Shown here: positions 1 through 8,112 of the stretch, piece by piece
Position numbering within the stretch: position 1 is the first letter of the stretch
Layout of the letters: every line of letters begins with the position of its first letter
IMG/VR virus record: IMGVR_UViG_3300023055_000116
Location: 1 to 24,109 of that record
Reading direction: 5' to 3' (one strand)
Length of the DNA stretch: 24,109 nucleotides
Source of the DNA: a virus
Lineage: Duplodnaviria; Caudoviricetes
Notes under the pieces: model-generated
The model's input: the letters and a program-made list of their open reading frames with translations, nothing else
The model's database searches: none
Told to the model about the DNA's origin: nothing
Made by a program: the position numbers and the translations under genes

Positions 1-1
1 G

Positions 2-226
2 GTTCAGGTTCGCAGCCTAATGCTGCACACGCTGGGCGGCAGCGGATTGCGCCTGCAATCACTGCACAGTGAGGATTTGGATCCGCCGCATCGCATGGAG
101 GTGAATGCTGAGGTGATTGGCAATCCAACATTAACCGATCAGCTGGAAAGCCTGGTGAGCCGCATCAGTCTGGAAAAGGGCGTAAGTTCGGTGCGGTGGC
201 AGGTGAATGAGTTGGAGCGTGATTGA
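2..226 (+). CDS. mgtC: MgtC/SapB family protein, C-terminal part (5'-truncated by window)
   Basis: Frame open from base 2 (VQVRSLMLHTL...LQSLHSEDL...LESLVSRISLEKGVSSVRWQ) resembles the soluble C-terminal domain of MgtC-family proteins; recognised from memory. Confidence 0.6.
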   Translation, partial: VQVRSLMLHTLGGSGLRLQSLHSEDLDPPHRMEVNAEVIGNPTLTDQLESLVSRISLEKGVSSVRWQVNELERD

Positions 227-285
227 TATTTAGATGTGCTTTAGAAAACGTATCGCCATTTGATCGCCACTATGAATGACAAACA

Positions 286-309
286 AAAAGCCACCTCAAA
301 AGGTGGCTT
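286..309 (-). terminator. Rho-independent terminator downstream of the tRNA 3' end
   Basis: Minus strand reads AAGCCACCT-TTTG-AGGTGGCTTTTT: stem, 4-nt loop, U-tract. Confidence 0.7.
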
Positions 310-335
310 AACTGCATGATTTTCATCGCTAAATT

Positions 336-382
336 TGGTGGCCCCTGCTGGGTTTGAACCAGCGACCAAGCGATTATGAGTC
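336..382 (-). other. Prophage attachment core: duplicated 3' half of tRNA-Ile2 (CAU anticodon, ileX/ileY type); not a complete tRNA
   Basis: Minus strand GACTCATAATCGCTTGGTCGCTGGTTCAAACCCAGCAGGGGCCACCA has anticodon loop, T-arm and CCA; similarity stops at 382, so no D-arm or 5' acceptor strand. Coliphage 186 integrates at this tRNA type. Confidence 0.9.
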
Positions 383-398
383 CCAATTCGAAGCGAGT

Positions 399-421
399 AA
401 AATCAGTAACTTACTGATTTT
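399..421. promoter_or_regulatory. Palindrome containing IHF-like sites in the att arm
   Basis: AAAATCAGTAA-C-TTACTGATTTT is a perfect 11-bp inverted repeat; each strand gives AATCAG-N4-TTA, one mismatch from the IHF consensus WATCAANNNNTTR. Confidence 0.55.
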
Positions 422-474
422 TATGTTTTCTTTAGGCCGAATAGTGATGAAAAGTGGCACATAGCGTTGCGCTC

Positions 475-493
475 TGCTGCCACTTTGCTGCCA
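475..493. repeat. Putative integrase arm-type binding sites
   Basis: TGCTGCCA direct repeat at 475 and 486 (11-bp period); AAAGTGGCA at 451-459 is an inverted copy of TGCCACTTT at 478-486. Confidence 0.6.
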
Positions 494-527
494 AAAATGA
501 AAAAAATTTTTGACGAATTGTTCAAAA

Positions 528-1382
528 TTAACTTAATACTTTGTTCAAATCGATGGAATAACCTTCTCTTGTTAACTCCTTTGCAAGGCTGATTTTCCAA
601 CCGCCAGCCTTATCCAATTCGGTGTAAACTAACCCACTTAAATCTCCTGGAATTTCTATGTCGGATTTAACTAAGGCTGACACTTTATTGCGACCAAGTT
701 TGCCAATTAGATAACCGTGTTCAAACACGACATTTTGTCTTGCTCTAGGTCTCGAATCACCGCTACCCTCCAACCCGCCATAATCACAAGGTGTATAGAG
801 CACTATCCCATAGCCAACATTAGTGTGCTCTTCTATTTTTTCAATAATAGTTTTCCCGCTATTATTTTGCTCGTGTAAAATAATTGCTTTCAAACCAAGT
901 TGTTCAATGAATCTAGCAACTTCGGTTTTTGAGAGATCATCACGGCCATGAACGATAAATATGTTGTTATTGGTTTCTCTATTCTTATTTATAGATTCTT
1001 TGATTTTGCGTGACTCAGTTTTAGTAATTTCCTCACCAGCTTTTCTAAGAGTTTCTTTAGTTATATCAGTTGTGTAGTTGTCAGTTAAAATATCCGTTCT
1101 GTCAAGAAAAATAAAAACGTTTGCAGGTACTTTTGATTGCGCTATTGATTGCAATGCATTTGTTGTTCTATCAGCCTTTTTAATTTTTATCATTCTTACT
1201 AATGAGGCATCAATGTGACGTCCATCAATAAATATTTCCTCTTTCTTAAGGTAAGGATATATAATATATTTTTTTACATCATCGAAGTCTTCATTGTCCA
1301 AGTCATAGCAAGTTAAATAATTTCCTTTTTTATCTTTTTCTTCAGTTTCAATAATCGTGTTGTAATACATTGGTAACCTCAT
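528..1382 (-). CDS. TIR-like domain protein (PF10137 / Cap12-PycTIR type) with uncharacterised N-terminal domain; probable start ATG at 1370
   Basis: Motifs IFIVHGRD, IILHEQ, GKTIIEKIE, IVLYTPCD, RARQNVVFEHGY, IPGDLSG; GAGG RBS 6 nt before ATG 1370; AT-rich. Confidence 0.88.
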   Translation of the reverse strand: MRLPMYYNTIIETEEKDKKGNYLTCYDLDNEDFDDVKKYIIYPYLKKEEIFIDGRHIDASLVRMIKIKKADRTTNALQSIAQSKVPANVFIFLDRTDILTDNYTTDITKETLRKAGEEITKTESRKIKESINKNRETNNNIFIVHGRDDLSKTEVARFIEQLGLKAIILHEQNNSGKTIIEKIEEHTNVGYGIVLYTPCDYGGLEGSGDSRPRARQNVVFEHGYLIGKLGRNKVSALVKSDIEIPGDLSGLVYTELDKAGGWKISLAKELTREGYSIDLNKVLS

Positions 1383-1422
1383 TTAGAAAATTTAACAATG
1401 ATTGTAATAAAAAGTTGCTATA

Positions 1423-1451
1423 ACATTATTTTACCGACCATTTTTTTTCAA
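1423..1451 (-). promoter_or_regulatory. Possible sigma70 promoter for the TIR gene
   Basis: Minus strand TTGAAA-17 bp-TAATGT; AT-rich context makes a chance match possible. Confidence 0.35.
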
Positions 1452-1476
1452 GGAAAACAGCATAATAAAAATGGCA

Positions 1477-2499
1477 TTAATAAATATCACCTTTATTCAG
1501 AGGATTAAGAAGTGAAGCTTCCACTAAATGATCTGGTGAAAAATGAGCATATCGCATAGTTACCTTGATATCCGTATGCCCTAGTATGCGTTGTAGCACA
1601 AGAATATTGCCTCCATTCATCATAAAATGAGAAGCGAAAGTGTGGCGTAAAACATGCGTCAACTGCCCAGCAGGTGTCTCGATGCCAGCACGTTGCATAG
1701 CTTTTCTAAAAGCTGAATAACATGGTTTAAAAAGCTCCTGTGCTTTCCTGCTGGATGGCAGATCGGCCTCTAATTTTTCAGTTATCGGCACCGCTCGGTT
1801 TTTCTTGCCTTTGGTTTTTACGTAGATGATTTGCCCAGCGCGAATCTGATTCCCTTTCAAACTTTCAGCTTCACTCCAACGTGCTCCAGTTGCCAGGCAG
1901 ATTTTGACGACTGTAGTTAAGTCCTTTGACCGGCTTTTCTCACACTCGGCGAGTAACGTGCGGATCTCATCAATAGTGAGATATGACATCTCAGACTCAC
2001 TGATTTTAAACTCGCGCACGTTCTCTAACGGATTTGGGGCGGTCCATTCATCTAACCGGCGCAGTTCGTTAAACATCGCCCTGAAATACGCCAGCTCTAA
2101 ATTGACCGTGCGAGGCGTTACCGTCTTCACACGGGTGGAGCGCGTGATCTTCCCGCTTAACCGCTGCTCGCGATAAGACGCAAAAATTTTTGCGTTAAAC
2201 TCTGTTGCGAGTGGGTTTCCCATCGCCTCGCAGGCGAACGCCATTGTGGTTCGCCGCTTCTCACCATCCGCCAACGTAATGCCATGCGTGTTGAACCACA
2301 ATTCAACCAGCTCAATTACCCGCCGCTTATCCGCTTTCTCTCCTAGCCAGGGCTTATCTTGAGCCTGTTCTTTTACGAACTTCTCATAGGATTGTGCTTC
2401 GCCCTTCGTCGCAAACTGGCGGCGAATCCTTTTGCCATCACGGCCGTTTGGGAAAACCTGTGCCTGCCATTTTCCATTGGGTAATTTGTTTATTGCCAT
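1477..2499 (-). CDS. int: Phage integrase (tyrosine recombinase, 186/HP1 type)
   Basis: TGARWSE (R), HVLRHTFASH (HxxR), LGH, TMRYAH (catalytic Y); N-terminal arm-binding region GKRIRRQFATKGEA. Confidence 0.97.
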   Translation of the reverse strand: MAINKLPNGKWQAQVFPNGRDGKRIRRQFATKGEAQSYEKFVKEQAQDKPWLGEKADKRRVIELVELWFNTHGITLADGEKRRTTMAFACEAMGNPLATEFNAKIFASYREQRLSGKITRSTRVKTVTPRTVNLELAYFRAMFNELRRLDEWTAPNPLENVREFKISESEMSYLTIDEIRTLLAECEKSRSKDLTTVVKICLATGARWSEAESLKGNQIRAGQIIYVKTKGKKNRAVPITEKLEADLPSSRKAQELFKPCYSAFRKAMQRAGIETPAGQLTHVLRHTFASHFMMNGGNILVLQRILGHTDIKVTMRYAHFSPDHLVEASLLNPLNKGDIY

Positions 2500-2507
2500 T
2501 CCATGCC

Positions 2508-3128
2508 TTAAAGGTATTCGGTTCGGGTGATCACTTTGCCTAAAACAACGATGTCACTTGATTGGCACTCGAATGAAGATTTCCCATTCTCGACACGTAT
2601 TCTTCCACCGGGAAAACGTACCAGTTCTCGGATGCTTACTAACTTATCAATCTCGATAAGCCACAGCCCATCGACGATCTCGCCTTCATAGGTATCAACC
2701 AAATAAGTGCTTCTATCTGCATTGATCACAAACGGGGCATTCAAGCCTTCGGGTAGTGATGCTTTATCCAGAATGAAATCATCCATAGGTTCTAAAATCC
2801 CATTTGAGATTTTTTTATGTGTCGCAATCACAACACGGGATTCCTCCACTTCCATAAAGCGTGCACCTTTACCTGTAGTAAGCCAGGTAAGTGATGCTCC
2901 CGTTTCTACGTGGCAGATGATCACCCAGTCAGCTGGGAAGGTATCGCGGGCTGAGCGGTTGGCTAACGTGCTTTGCGAAACGCCCAAATGGGTGCATAAC
3001 GCCTGACGGCTGCTGAATCCGTACGCTTCAACTAAACGAAGAATCGCGTCTTTACCGCCCCGGTTACTCTCTACCGCTTCACGAACCACTTTCGCATCAT
3101 GGCGATTTGTGTTTTCTTTCGTTGACAT
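2508..3128 (-). CDS. cI: 186-type CI immunity repressor
   Basis: N-terminal HTH RLVEAYGFSSRQALCTHLGVSQSTLANR, WLTTGKG, C-terminal DGLWLIEID; upstream of int and divergent from apl. Confidence 0.92.
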   Translation of the reverse strand: MSTKENTNRHDAKVVREAVESNRGGKDAILRLVEAYGFSSRQALCTHLGVSQSTLANRSARDTFPADWVIICHVETGASLTWLTTGKGARFMEVEESRVVIATHKKISNGILEPMDDFILDKASLPEGLNAPFVINADRSTYLVDTYEGEIVDGLWLIEIDKLVSIRELVRFPGGRIRVENGKSSFECQSSDIVVLGKVITRTEYL

Positions 3129-3150
3129 ATCCGATTTGTGATCCTATTCT
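3122..3150 (+). promoter_or_regulatory. Early lytic promoter (pR-like)
   Basis: TTGACA (3122-3127)-17 bp-TATTCT (3145-3150) upstream of apl. Confidence 0.75.
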
Positions 3151-3218
3151 TCGGTCTGTGATGAGATGAATAGCGTTTAATAGTGAGATCTAATACCTAA
3201 ACCGAGGAATACTGCATC

Positions 3219-3455
3219 ATGACCCGTAAACTTTCAATGCGCCCATCAATCAATCTGGTGATTTCGGAACCGTACATTACTGTCGAAGAGTTCTGCCGTC
3301 GCACAGGTTACAAGGAAGGCACTGTTCGCCAGATGTATCGCGAGAACCGTTTGCCCATCAGGAAGAAAGAGGGCTTAAACGGGCTTATCGAGATCAACAT
3401 GGTTGCTCTCACTATCGAAGCCGCTGCTGGCTGCGAAATCACAATGCAGGCTTGA
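3219..3455 (+). CDS. apl: Apl/Cox-like excisionase and repressor
   Basis: Small wHTH (PYITVEEFCRRTG...LPIRKK...INMVAL); first gene of the early operon; GAGG RBS. Confidence 0.85.
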   Translation: MTRKLSMRPSINLVISEPYITVEEFCRRTGYKEGTVRQMYRENRLPIRKKEGLNGLIEINMVALTIEAAAGCEITMQA

Positions 3456-3489
3456 TGCATTCATATTGGGATAACGTGAGGTATTAAGC

Positions 3490-3516
3490 ATGTTTGATTT
3501 CAGTGTCTCCACACAA
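3490..3516. promoter_or_regulatory. Possible CII binding site (pE-like) at the start of cII
   Basis: ATGTTTG-N13-CACACAA is an imperfect inverted repeat at the position where phage 186 CII binds, as I recall it; right half has 2 mismatches. Confidence 0.4.
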
Positions 3517-3999
3517 AGCCATTTTGATGAAGCGTGCCGTGCGTTTTCCGCAAAGCACAACATCATCCAGCTGGCTAAAAAGGCGGGACTTAATCCGCAA
3601 ACCATCCGTAACAAGCTCAACCCGGAGCAGGTCCATCAGCTTACCGTTCGCGAAATGTTGATTCTGACCGACCTGACGGAAGACTCAACGCTGGTTGATG
3701 GCGCATTGGCTCAACTGCAATGCCTGCCATGCGTGCCGGTTAACGAAATCGCTCAGGAGAACTTACCGGCTTATGTCCTCAAAGCTACCGCCGAAGTCGG
3801 GCAGTTAGCTGCGGGCGTTGTGAGTCAGAAGAAATTCACCTCGGCCTGTCGGCGCGGATTTGTGCAGAACGTTAATGCCGGCATTCGCTGCCTGACGTTA
3901 GCTGCGATAGCTGTTCAAACGCGCGTGCATTCAAACCCTGCAATGGCTGGCACTGCAGATGTGTTAAGCGGGATCGGCGCATCGATAGGGATTGTTTAG
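3490..3999 (+). CDS. cII: CII lysogeny-establishment activator (CP76 family)
   Basis: MFDF...HFDEACRAF, LRNKLNPEQ-like motif (IRNKLNPEQVHQLT), LTDLTED, CLPCVPVNE; 169 aa. Confidence 0.92.
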   Translation: MFDFSVSTQSHFDEACRAFSAKHNIIQLAKKAGLNPQTIRNKLNPEQVHQLTVREMLILTDLTEDSTLVDGALAQLQCLPCVPVNEIAQENLPAYVLKATAEVGQLAAGVVSQKKFTSACRRGFVQNVNAGIRCLTLAAIAVQTRVHSNPAMAGTADVLSGIGASIGIV

Positions 4000-4001
4000 T
4001 T

Positions 4002-4193
4002 ATGGCGTTTTCAGTAGCACCGCTTCTAAAACGGCAAAGCCCTTCACATGCATTCGGTCACGGCTGGATTGCAGCTGAAAATGGCAGGCGCTGGCACCCG
4101 GCAAACTCTCAAGCCGAATTGCTGGCAGGTTTAACTGGCAACAGGAAAAAAGCGACATGGCTTACAAAGCTGAAAGCATCACTGTTCAAATGA
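4002..4193 (+). CDS. fil: Fil-family (phage filamentation) early protein
   Basis: LLKRQSPS..GHGWI...GRRWHP motif; directly after cII as in 186. Confidence 0.7.
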   Translation: MAFSVAPLLKRQSPSHAFGHGWIAAENGRRWHPANSQAELLAGLTGNRKKATWLTKLKASLFK

Positions 4194-4495
4194 GCGCCGG
4201 GCAGCGAGTTAGCGCGCTTAATCATATTGCCGCACTTCGCACCATGATGTACGGCGATTGCGGTAATGAGCTAAAGCGGTTCATCAGTGAAATGCGTAAT
4301 ACTCGCGATCCAAAGTACGAACAAAATAACCGGGCGATGAGCGCCATTTTCTTTCTGGCAAACATCAATAAAGAACGTCACAACGTTGAATACAGTGAAT
4401 TGACGAGTGACGAAATTACCGCGCTGATAGGTGCAATGAATCACTTTCGCGCAGTCGTGAGTTTATTTCCCAAGAAGCTAACGCTTCCAAATTAA
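4157..4495 (+). CDS. Conserved P2-family early protein (DUF5347-like)
   Basis: ALNHIAALR, AIFFLANI, AMNHFRAVVSLFPK; position in the early operon. Confidence 0.65.
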   Translation: MAYKAESITVQMSAGQRVSALNHIAALRTMMYGDCGNELKRFISEMRNTRDPKYEQNNRAMSAIFFLANINKERHNVEYSELTSDEITALIGAMNHFRAVVSLFPKKLTLPN

Positions 4496-4513
4496 TTAAC
4501 CCGAAAAAATAAA

Positions 4514-4544
4514 TGGCGTAAACCCGCCGGGCATTTTTTTGCCC
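4514..4544 (+). terminator. Possible early-operon terminator or structured element (tR1-like)
   Basis: GGCG-TAAACC-CGCC followed by GGGCA-T-run-TGCCC in the intergenic gap. Confidence 0.4.
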
Positions 4545-4563
4545 AAATTCTGGAGAAAGTTAA

Positions 4564-4791
4564 ATGCGAAATATTGAAACCCGAAATTTTGAAGCCGATG
4601 CAGAAGTGCTAAACGCGATGCTGAGTAAGGCCAAAAGTGAGCAGCGATCAGATGATGCGCTGGCCGTATCCGTTCGCCTGGCTGCATTAGCGATTCATGC
4701 AAGAAACAAAGAAATGTCAGCTGCTGAAATTATCGAACTGCTGGACAAAGAATCCGTGCGCTTCGAGAACCAATCACGGGAGCTGCACTAA
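4564..4791 (+). CDS. DUF2732-family phage protein
   Basis: MRNIETR...RLAALAIHA...EIIELL; GGAG RBS; P2-family early-region synteny. Confidence 0.7.
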   Translation: MRNIETRNFEADAEVLNAMLSKAKSEQRSDDALAVSVRLAALAIHARNKEMSAAEIIELLDKESVRFENQSRELH

Positions 4792-5018
4792 TGGCCGACT
4801 CAATGGATCTGGTTCAGCAGCGCGTCCAGGAAGAATTGGCGCGCAACCTGGCAACGGCTATTCACCGTCCTGCAGGAGCGAGTGAGTTTTTCTGCCTGTC
4901 ATGCGATGCAGCTATTCCAGAAGCGCGTCGCCGAGCGTTGCCGGGTGTCGAGCTATGCGTTACCTGCAAAGAGATTAGCGAACTGAAAAGCGTGCATTAC
5001 AAAGGGGCCGCGCTTTGA
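4791..5018 (+). CDS. TraR/DksA C4 zinc-finger protein (P2 Orf82-like)
   Basis: MADSMDLVQQR, CLSC...IPEARRRALPGVELCVTC. Confidence 0.92.
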   Translation: MADSMDLVQQRVQEELARNLATAIHRPAGASEFFCLSCDAAIPEARRRALPGVELCVTCKEISELKSVHYKGAAL

Positions 5019-5332
5019 GAGTCCAGGTTGATGATCGCTATGCAGTGCGCGCGCTGAAATCCAGTGAGCCGGGCAAGCCGCAACAATTGGTGTTAGAGAA
5101 ATTCAGCTGGCTTGAGATTGATGGCGTCCGTCAGCGCGTGCCGCAAACCATGGCCGTGTATGAGTCGACAGTGCTCTTGATGCGCGATCTGGCTGCTGAT
5201 GTCATTGGTCGCCGTGTTTTGCGTGGCAAGATGAATACAACCGCGGGCTTTGTGGCGGAAACCCGCCGCATCGCCGAGTTGGTAGAGGCAGCACTGCAAG
5301 AGCTAGCTGAACTTCAGGCCGCGCATGTCTGA
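5015..5332 (+). CDS. Hypothetical phage protein upstream of A
   Basis: TTG start overlaps the upstream stop and the 3' end overlaps the A start, implying translational coupling. Confidence 0.65.
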   Translation: MRVQVDDRYAVRALKSSEPGKPQQLVLEKFSWLEIDGVRQRVPQTMAVYESTVLLMRDLAADVIGRRVLRGKMNTTAGFVAETRRIAELVEAALQELAELQAAHV

Positions 5333-7334
5333 AAGCCTTCCTGATCTCCTTACTGGTGAATATCACGCCGTAAATCAGCAGCGGCGTGAAGTCTTCGGCA
5401 TGTCCGCTCCGGCGGATATGTCCCTTTCTGAGCGCCGCCTCTGGAATGTGAATCCAGAGGACCACAACTGGCGCAGCCAGTATCTGCAAGACATGCCGGA
5501 TTATCTGGCCGGTTACTTTGCCGATCGCTACAGCAAAATCCTCTCAGCAAATAATGGCCGCCGTCGGGCCAATGCGTTTCTGCGCCAGACTATCGGCCAG
5601 AACGTATTGCCACGCCTGCAGCTGGTTCGCAGCCGCTATCGTCTCGATGATGCCGCTCAATATGAACTGCCGTTCATCAAGCAGCTTGATCGGCTGCCCA
5701 CGCTTGACCGGCAGGACGTGCGCGATCTGGCTTATAAAGTCGCATCCTATCTTTCGCTTAGCCTGGCTGAGTTTGTCGATAAAACCTCTATGCCGCAGGA
5801 AGCAGACGAGCAGACAGTAACCTGCATTGCGTATCGCTACGTTGCTGAGCTGGCCGCATTGACCGGCACGCAGCCGCCATATTGGGCGGAATTCAAAGCC
5901 TCCAAAGGTGAGCTTACGCTGCGCAAGGCACAATCGGGTTTATTGCGCATGATGGCGCCAGAGTGGTGGCGTGGCCGTCTTAAGCAGATGCGCGATCTCC
6001 AGCGTGAGCACATGGCAATAGCAGTAGGGCAAGTTCAGAAATCTGCATCACCCTACGTTTCACGCGGCACGCTGGCGGAATGGGTTGAGCAGAAGAAACG
6101 CAACCGTGATTTCTTCAAGCGTTACGACCTGATGAACAAAGATACCGGTGACCGTATCGCGATGGATGAGATGGTCAACCGCAGCACCGCGAACCCGGCC
6201 ATGCGCCGCCGCGAGTTGATGACTAGAATGCGTGGCTTTGAAGACATCGCCAACGAAACTGGCTGCGTAGGGGACTTTTATACAATCACCGCGCCGTCGC
6301 GTTATCACTCCGTTTATAGCCAGGGCGGTTTCATTACCAAATGGAACGGTTCAAGCCCACGCGATACGCAGCGCTATTTATGCCGCGTTTGGGCGCGCAT
6401 TCGCGCCGCACTGTCACGCGAAGAGATCCATGTTTTCGGTTTCCGCGTGGTGGAGCCGCATCACGACGGCACGCCACACTGGCACATGCTGCTGTTTATG
6501 CTGCCGGAACATCGCGAGCGTGTGCAGCAGATCATGCGTGAGCATGCCAGCAAAGAAGACGCCGACGAACTGAGCACGCCGCAGGCGCGCAAAGCGCGTT
6601 TTCACGCTGAGCCTATCGATCCCACCAAAGGCAGCGCCACGGGTTACATCGCTAAATACATATCGAAGAACATCGACGGCTTCGCAATGGACGGCGAAAA
6701 GGACGATGAAACCGGCTCAAACATGCGTGATATGGCTAAGGCCGTATGCGCGTGGGCATCGCGCTGGCGCATCCGTCAGTTCCAGCAGATCGGCGGAGCG
6801 CCTGTAACAGTGTGGCGCGAGCTGCGCCGCCTCGGCGATACACGTCTACCTAACGAGAAAATGGATGCTGTGCTGGCGTCTGCTTCTGTTGCCAGCTGCT
6901 GGGCGTCTTACACGATGGCGCAGGGCGGCCCGCTGGTTGCGCGCGAAGATCTGGTGATCCGCCTCTGCTATGAAATTACAGAAATGGGCAACGAGTACGC
7001 CGAGGACGTGCAGCGCGTGCAGGGCATCTACTCGCCTCACTATCAAGATTCTGAAGTATTCACTCGTCTGGTGAAGTGGGAAGCCGTTAGCAAATTAGCC
7101 GACGCGTCAGCGGAGGCTGGTCCTTCTGGCGGCATCGCCGCCCCTTGGAGTTCTGTCAATAACTGTACGGGGCCGGAGCGCCGACGGTTAGAGCTGGAAC
7201 TAAAAGCCCGTGGCTTTGAGGGGCATGAAGAGGAAATTAGCCTCCTTTCCAGAGGATGCAGCCTAAATTCAGGTGCGCGAATGCGGCTTTTTTACCGAAA
7301 CGGTAGGCTCCAGGAACAAAAGATAACCATCTGA
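5325..7334 (+). CDS. A: Replication initiation endonuclease gpA (HUH, rolling circle)
   Basis: FYTITAPSRYH, EPHHDGTPHWHMLL (HUH), GYIAKYISKNIDG (two catalytic Tyr), WRIRQFQQIGG. Confidence 0.96.
   Translation: MSESLPDLLTGEYHAVNQQRREVFGMSAPADMSLSERRLWNVNPEDHNWRSQYLQDMPDYLAGYFADRYSKILSANNGRRRANAFLRQTIGQNVLPRLQLVRSRYRLDDAAQYELPFIKQLDRLPTLDRQDVRDLAYKVASYLSLSLAEFVDKTSMPQEADEQTVTCIAYRYVAELAALTGTQPPYWAEFKASKGELTLRKAQSGLLRMMAPEWWRGRLKQMRDLQREHMAIAVGQVQKSASPYVSRGTLAEWVEQKKRNRDFFKRYDLMNKDTGDRIAMDEMVNRSTANPAMRRRELMTRMRGFEDIANETGCVGDFYTITAPSRYHSVYSQGGFITKWNGSSPRDTQRYLCRVWARIRAALSREEIHVFGFRVVEPHHDGTPHWHMLLFMLPEHRERVQQIMREHASKEDADELSTPQARKARFHAEPIDPTKGSATGYIAKYISKNIDGFAMDGEKDDETGSNMRDMAKAVCAWASRWRIRQFQQIGGAPVTVWRELRRLGDTRLPNEKMDAVLASASVASCWASYTMAQGGPLVAREDLVIRLCYEITEMGNEYAEDVQRVQGIYSPHYQDSEVFTRLVKWEAVSKLADASAEAGPSGGIAAPWSSVNNCTGPERRRLELELKARGFEGHEEEISLLSRGCSLNSGARMRLFYRNGRLQEQKITI
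7139..7168 (+). other. Rolling-circle origin (ori) inside gene A
   Basis: CGCCCCTTGGAGTTCTGTCAATAACTGTAC closely resembles the P2 ori GCGCCTCGGAGTCCTGTCAATAACTGT. Confidence 0.8.
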
Positions 7335-7395
7335 TTAATCCAGAGGATTTCTCACGGAAGGTAAAAAAACATTTCACATTTCGAAACTCATAATA

Positions 7396-7415
7396 TACTG
7401 TACGTATAACCAGTT
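7396..7415. promoter_or_regulatory. LexA (SOS) box
   Basis: TACTGTACGTATAACCAGTT = CTG-N10-CAG with AT-alternating spacer, about 20 nt upstream of ATG 7436. Confidence 0.88.
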
Positions 7416-7435
7416 GTTCATTGTGCGGAGGGAAT

Positions 7436-7624
7436 ATGCAGGATTATTTTTTGGAGTCGATGAAGCTCCAGCGTATTGATTTATTTATGAAACTTGTTGC
7501 TGCCAGTGATTGCACGGATGACGAGAAGCAGCTTGCCATTCAGTGGGTCTCTGAACTGACCGATGAGCTGATGCGAAAAGTCAGAAGCCACGAATATTCG
7601 CGCATGATGCACGCTTCAGATTAG
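7436..7624 (+). CDS. SOS-induced Tum-like antirepressor candidate
   Basis: MQDYFLESMKLQRIDLFMKLVAASDC...; GGAGG RBS before ATG 7436; same position (after A, behind a LexA box) as tum in 186/Fels-2. Confidence 0.6.
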   Translation: MQDYFLESMKLQRIDLFMKLVAASDCTDDEKQLAIQWVSELTDELMRKVRSHEYSRMMHASD

Positions 7625-7736
7625 TTTTTTCAGATGTCACGCGTAGCAAGATATGATCGGATGGAAGCTACATATCACGCCGGGATGCTTACGGAAGGTG
7701 AGTCCGAACATAACGAGAGTTGCGAGGCGTTAAGCC

Positions 7737-7994
7737 ATGGCTAAAAATCCCGAAAAATTCCAGATCGTTTACCGAGGTGAGGTACTCACTTACTATAAGC
7801 CAGGTGAATGGGTGTTTTTCCAACGGCCGAAAGAATGCGGCGGGGGTTACTGGCTCGGTAAAACCTACGACTTCGTTTTCATACTTGAGATTCCATATCC
7901 CATTTCTTTACGGCAGGGCATGGATTTTCTGAATGAAGCAGAAGGAATTGGCCTCCACAAGTCAGCTTCTGTGGACGACTTCAAGCTGGAGTGA
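7737..7994 (+). CDS. Hypothetical protein (85 aa, aromatic-rich)
   Basis: ATG preceded by GAGG; followed by a terminator; no family recognised. Confidence 0.6.
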   Translation: MAKNPEKFQIVYRGEVLTYYKPGEWVFFQRPKECGGGYWLGKTYDFVFILEIPYPISLRQGMDFLNEAEGIGLHKSASVDDFKLE

Positions 7995-8053
7995 AGAGTG
8001 CATGACTATGCCGCATGAATTCGCATGATCCGAAAAGGATCGCTTTACCCTAG

Positions 8054-8082
8054 GCCCGCCAGTTCTGGCGGGCTTTCGTTTA
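8054..8082 (+). terminator. Rho-independent terminator
   Basis: GCCCGCCA-GTTC-TGGCGGGC followed by TTTCGTTTA. Confidence 0.75.
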
Positions 8083-8112
8083 TGTCATGCAGGTGCATGA
8101 AAACCGCATCAT

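Noticed and set aside
336-382. Complete tRNA-Ile/Met gene
   Set aside because: Only the 3' 47 nt are present; D-arm and 5' acceptor strand are missing, so it is the att duplication
528-1382. Calling the TIR gene part of CBASS, Pycsar or Thoeris
   Set aside because: No cyclase or ThsA-type partner is present in the window
7625-7736. Possible structured RNA in the spacer (GATATG...CATATC and a G-U-rich hairpin)
   Set aside because: Stems are short and imperfect; cannot be distinguished from chance without covariation analysis
7720-7932. 70-aa ORF overlapping the 85-aa ORF
   Set aside because: TTG start; the alternative frame 7737-7994 has ATG with a GAGG RBS
8000-8100. CRISPR-like or iteron array
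   Set aside because: Repeats are only 6 bp and irregularly spaced; no cas genes
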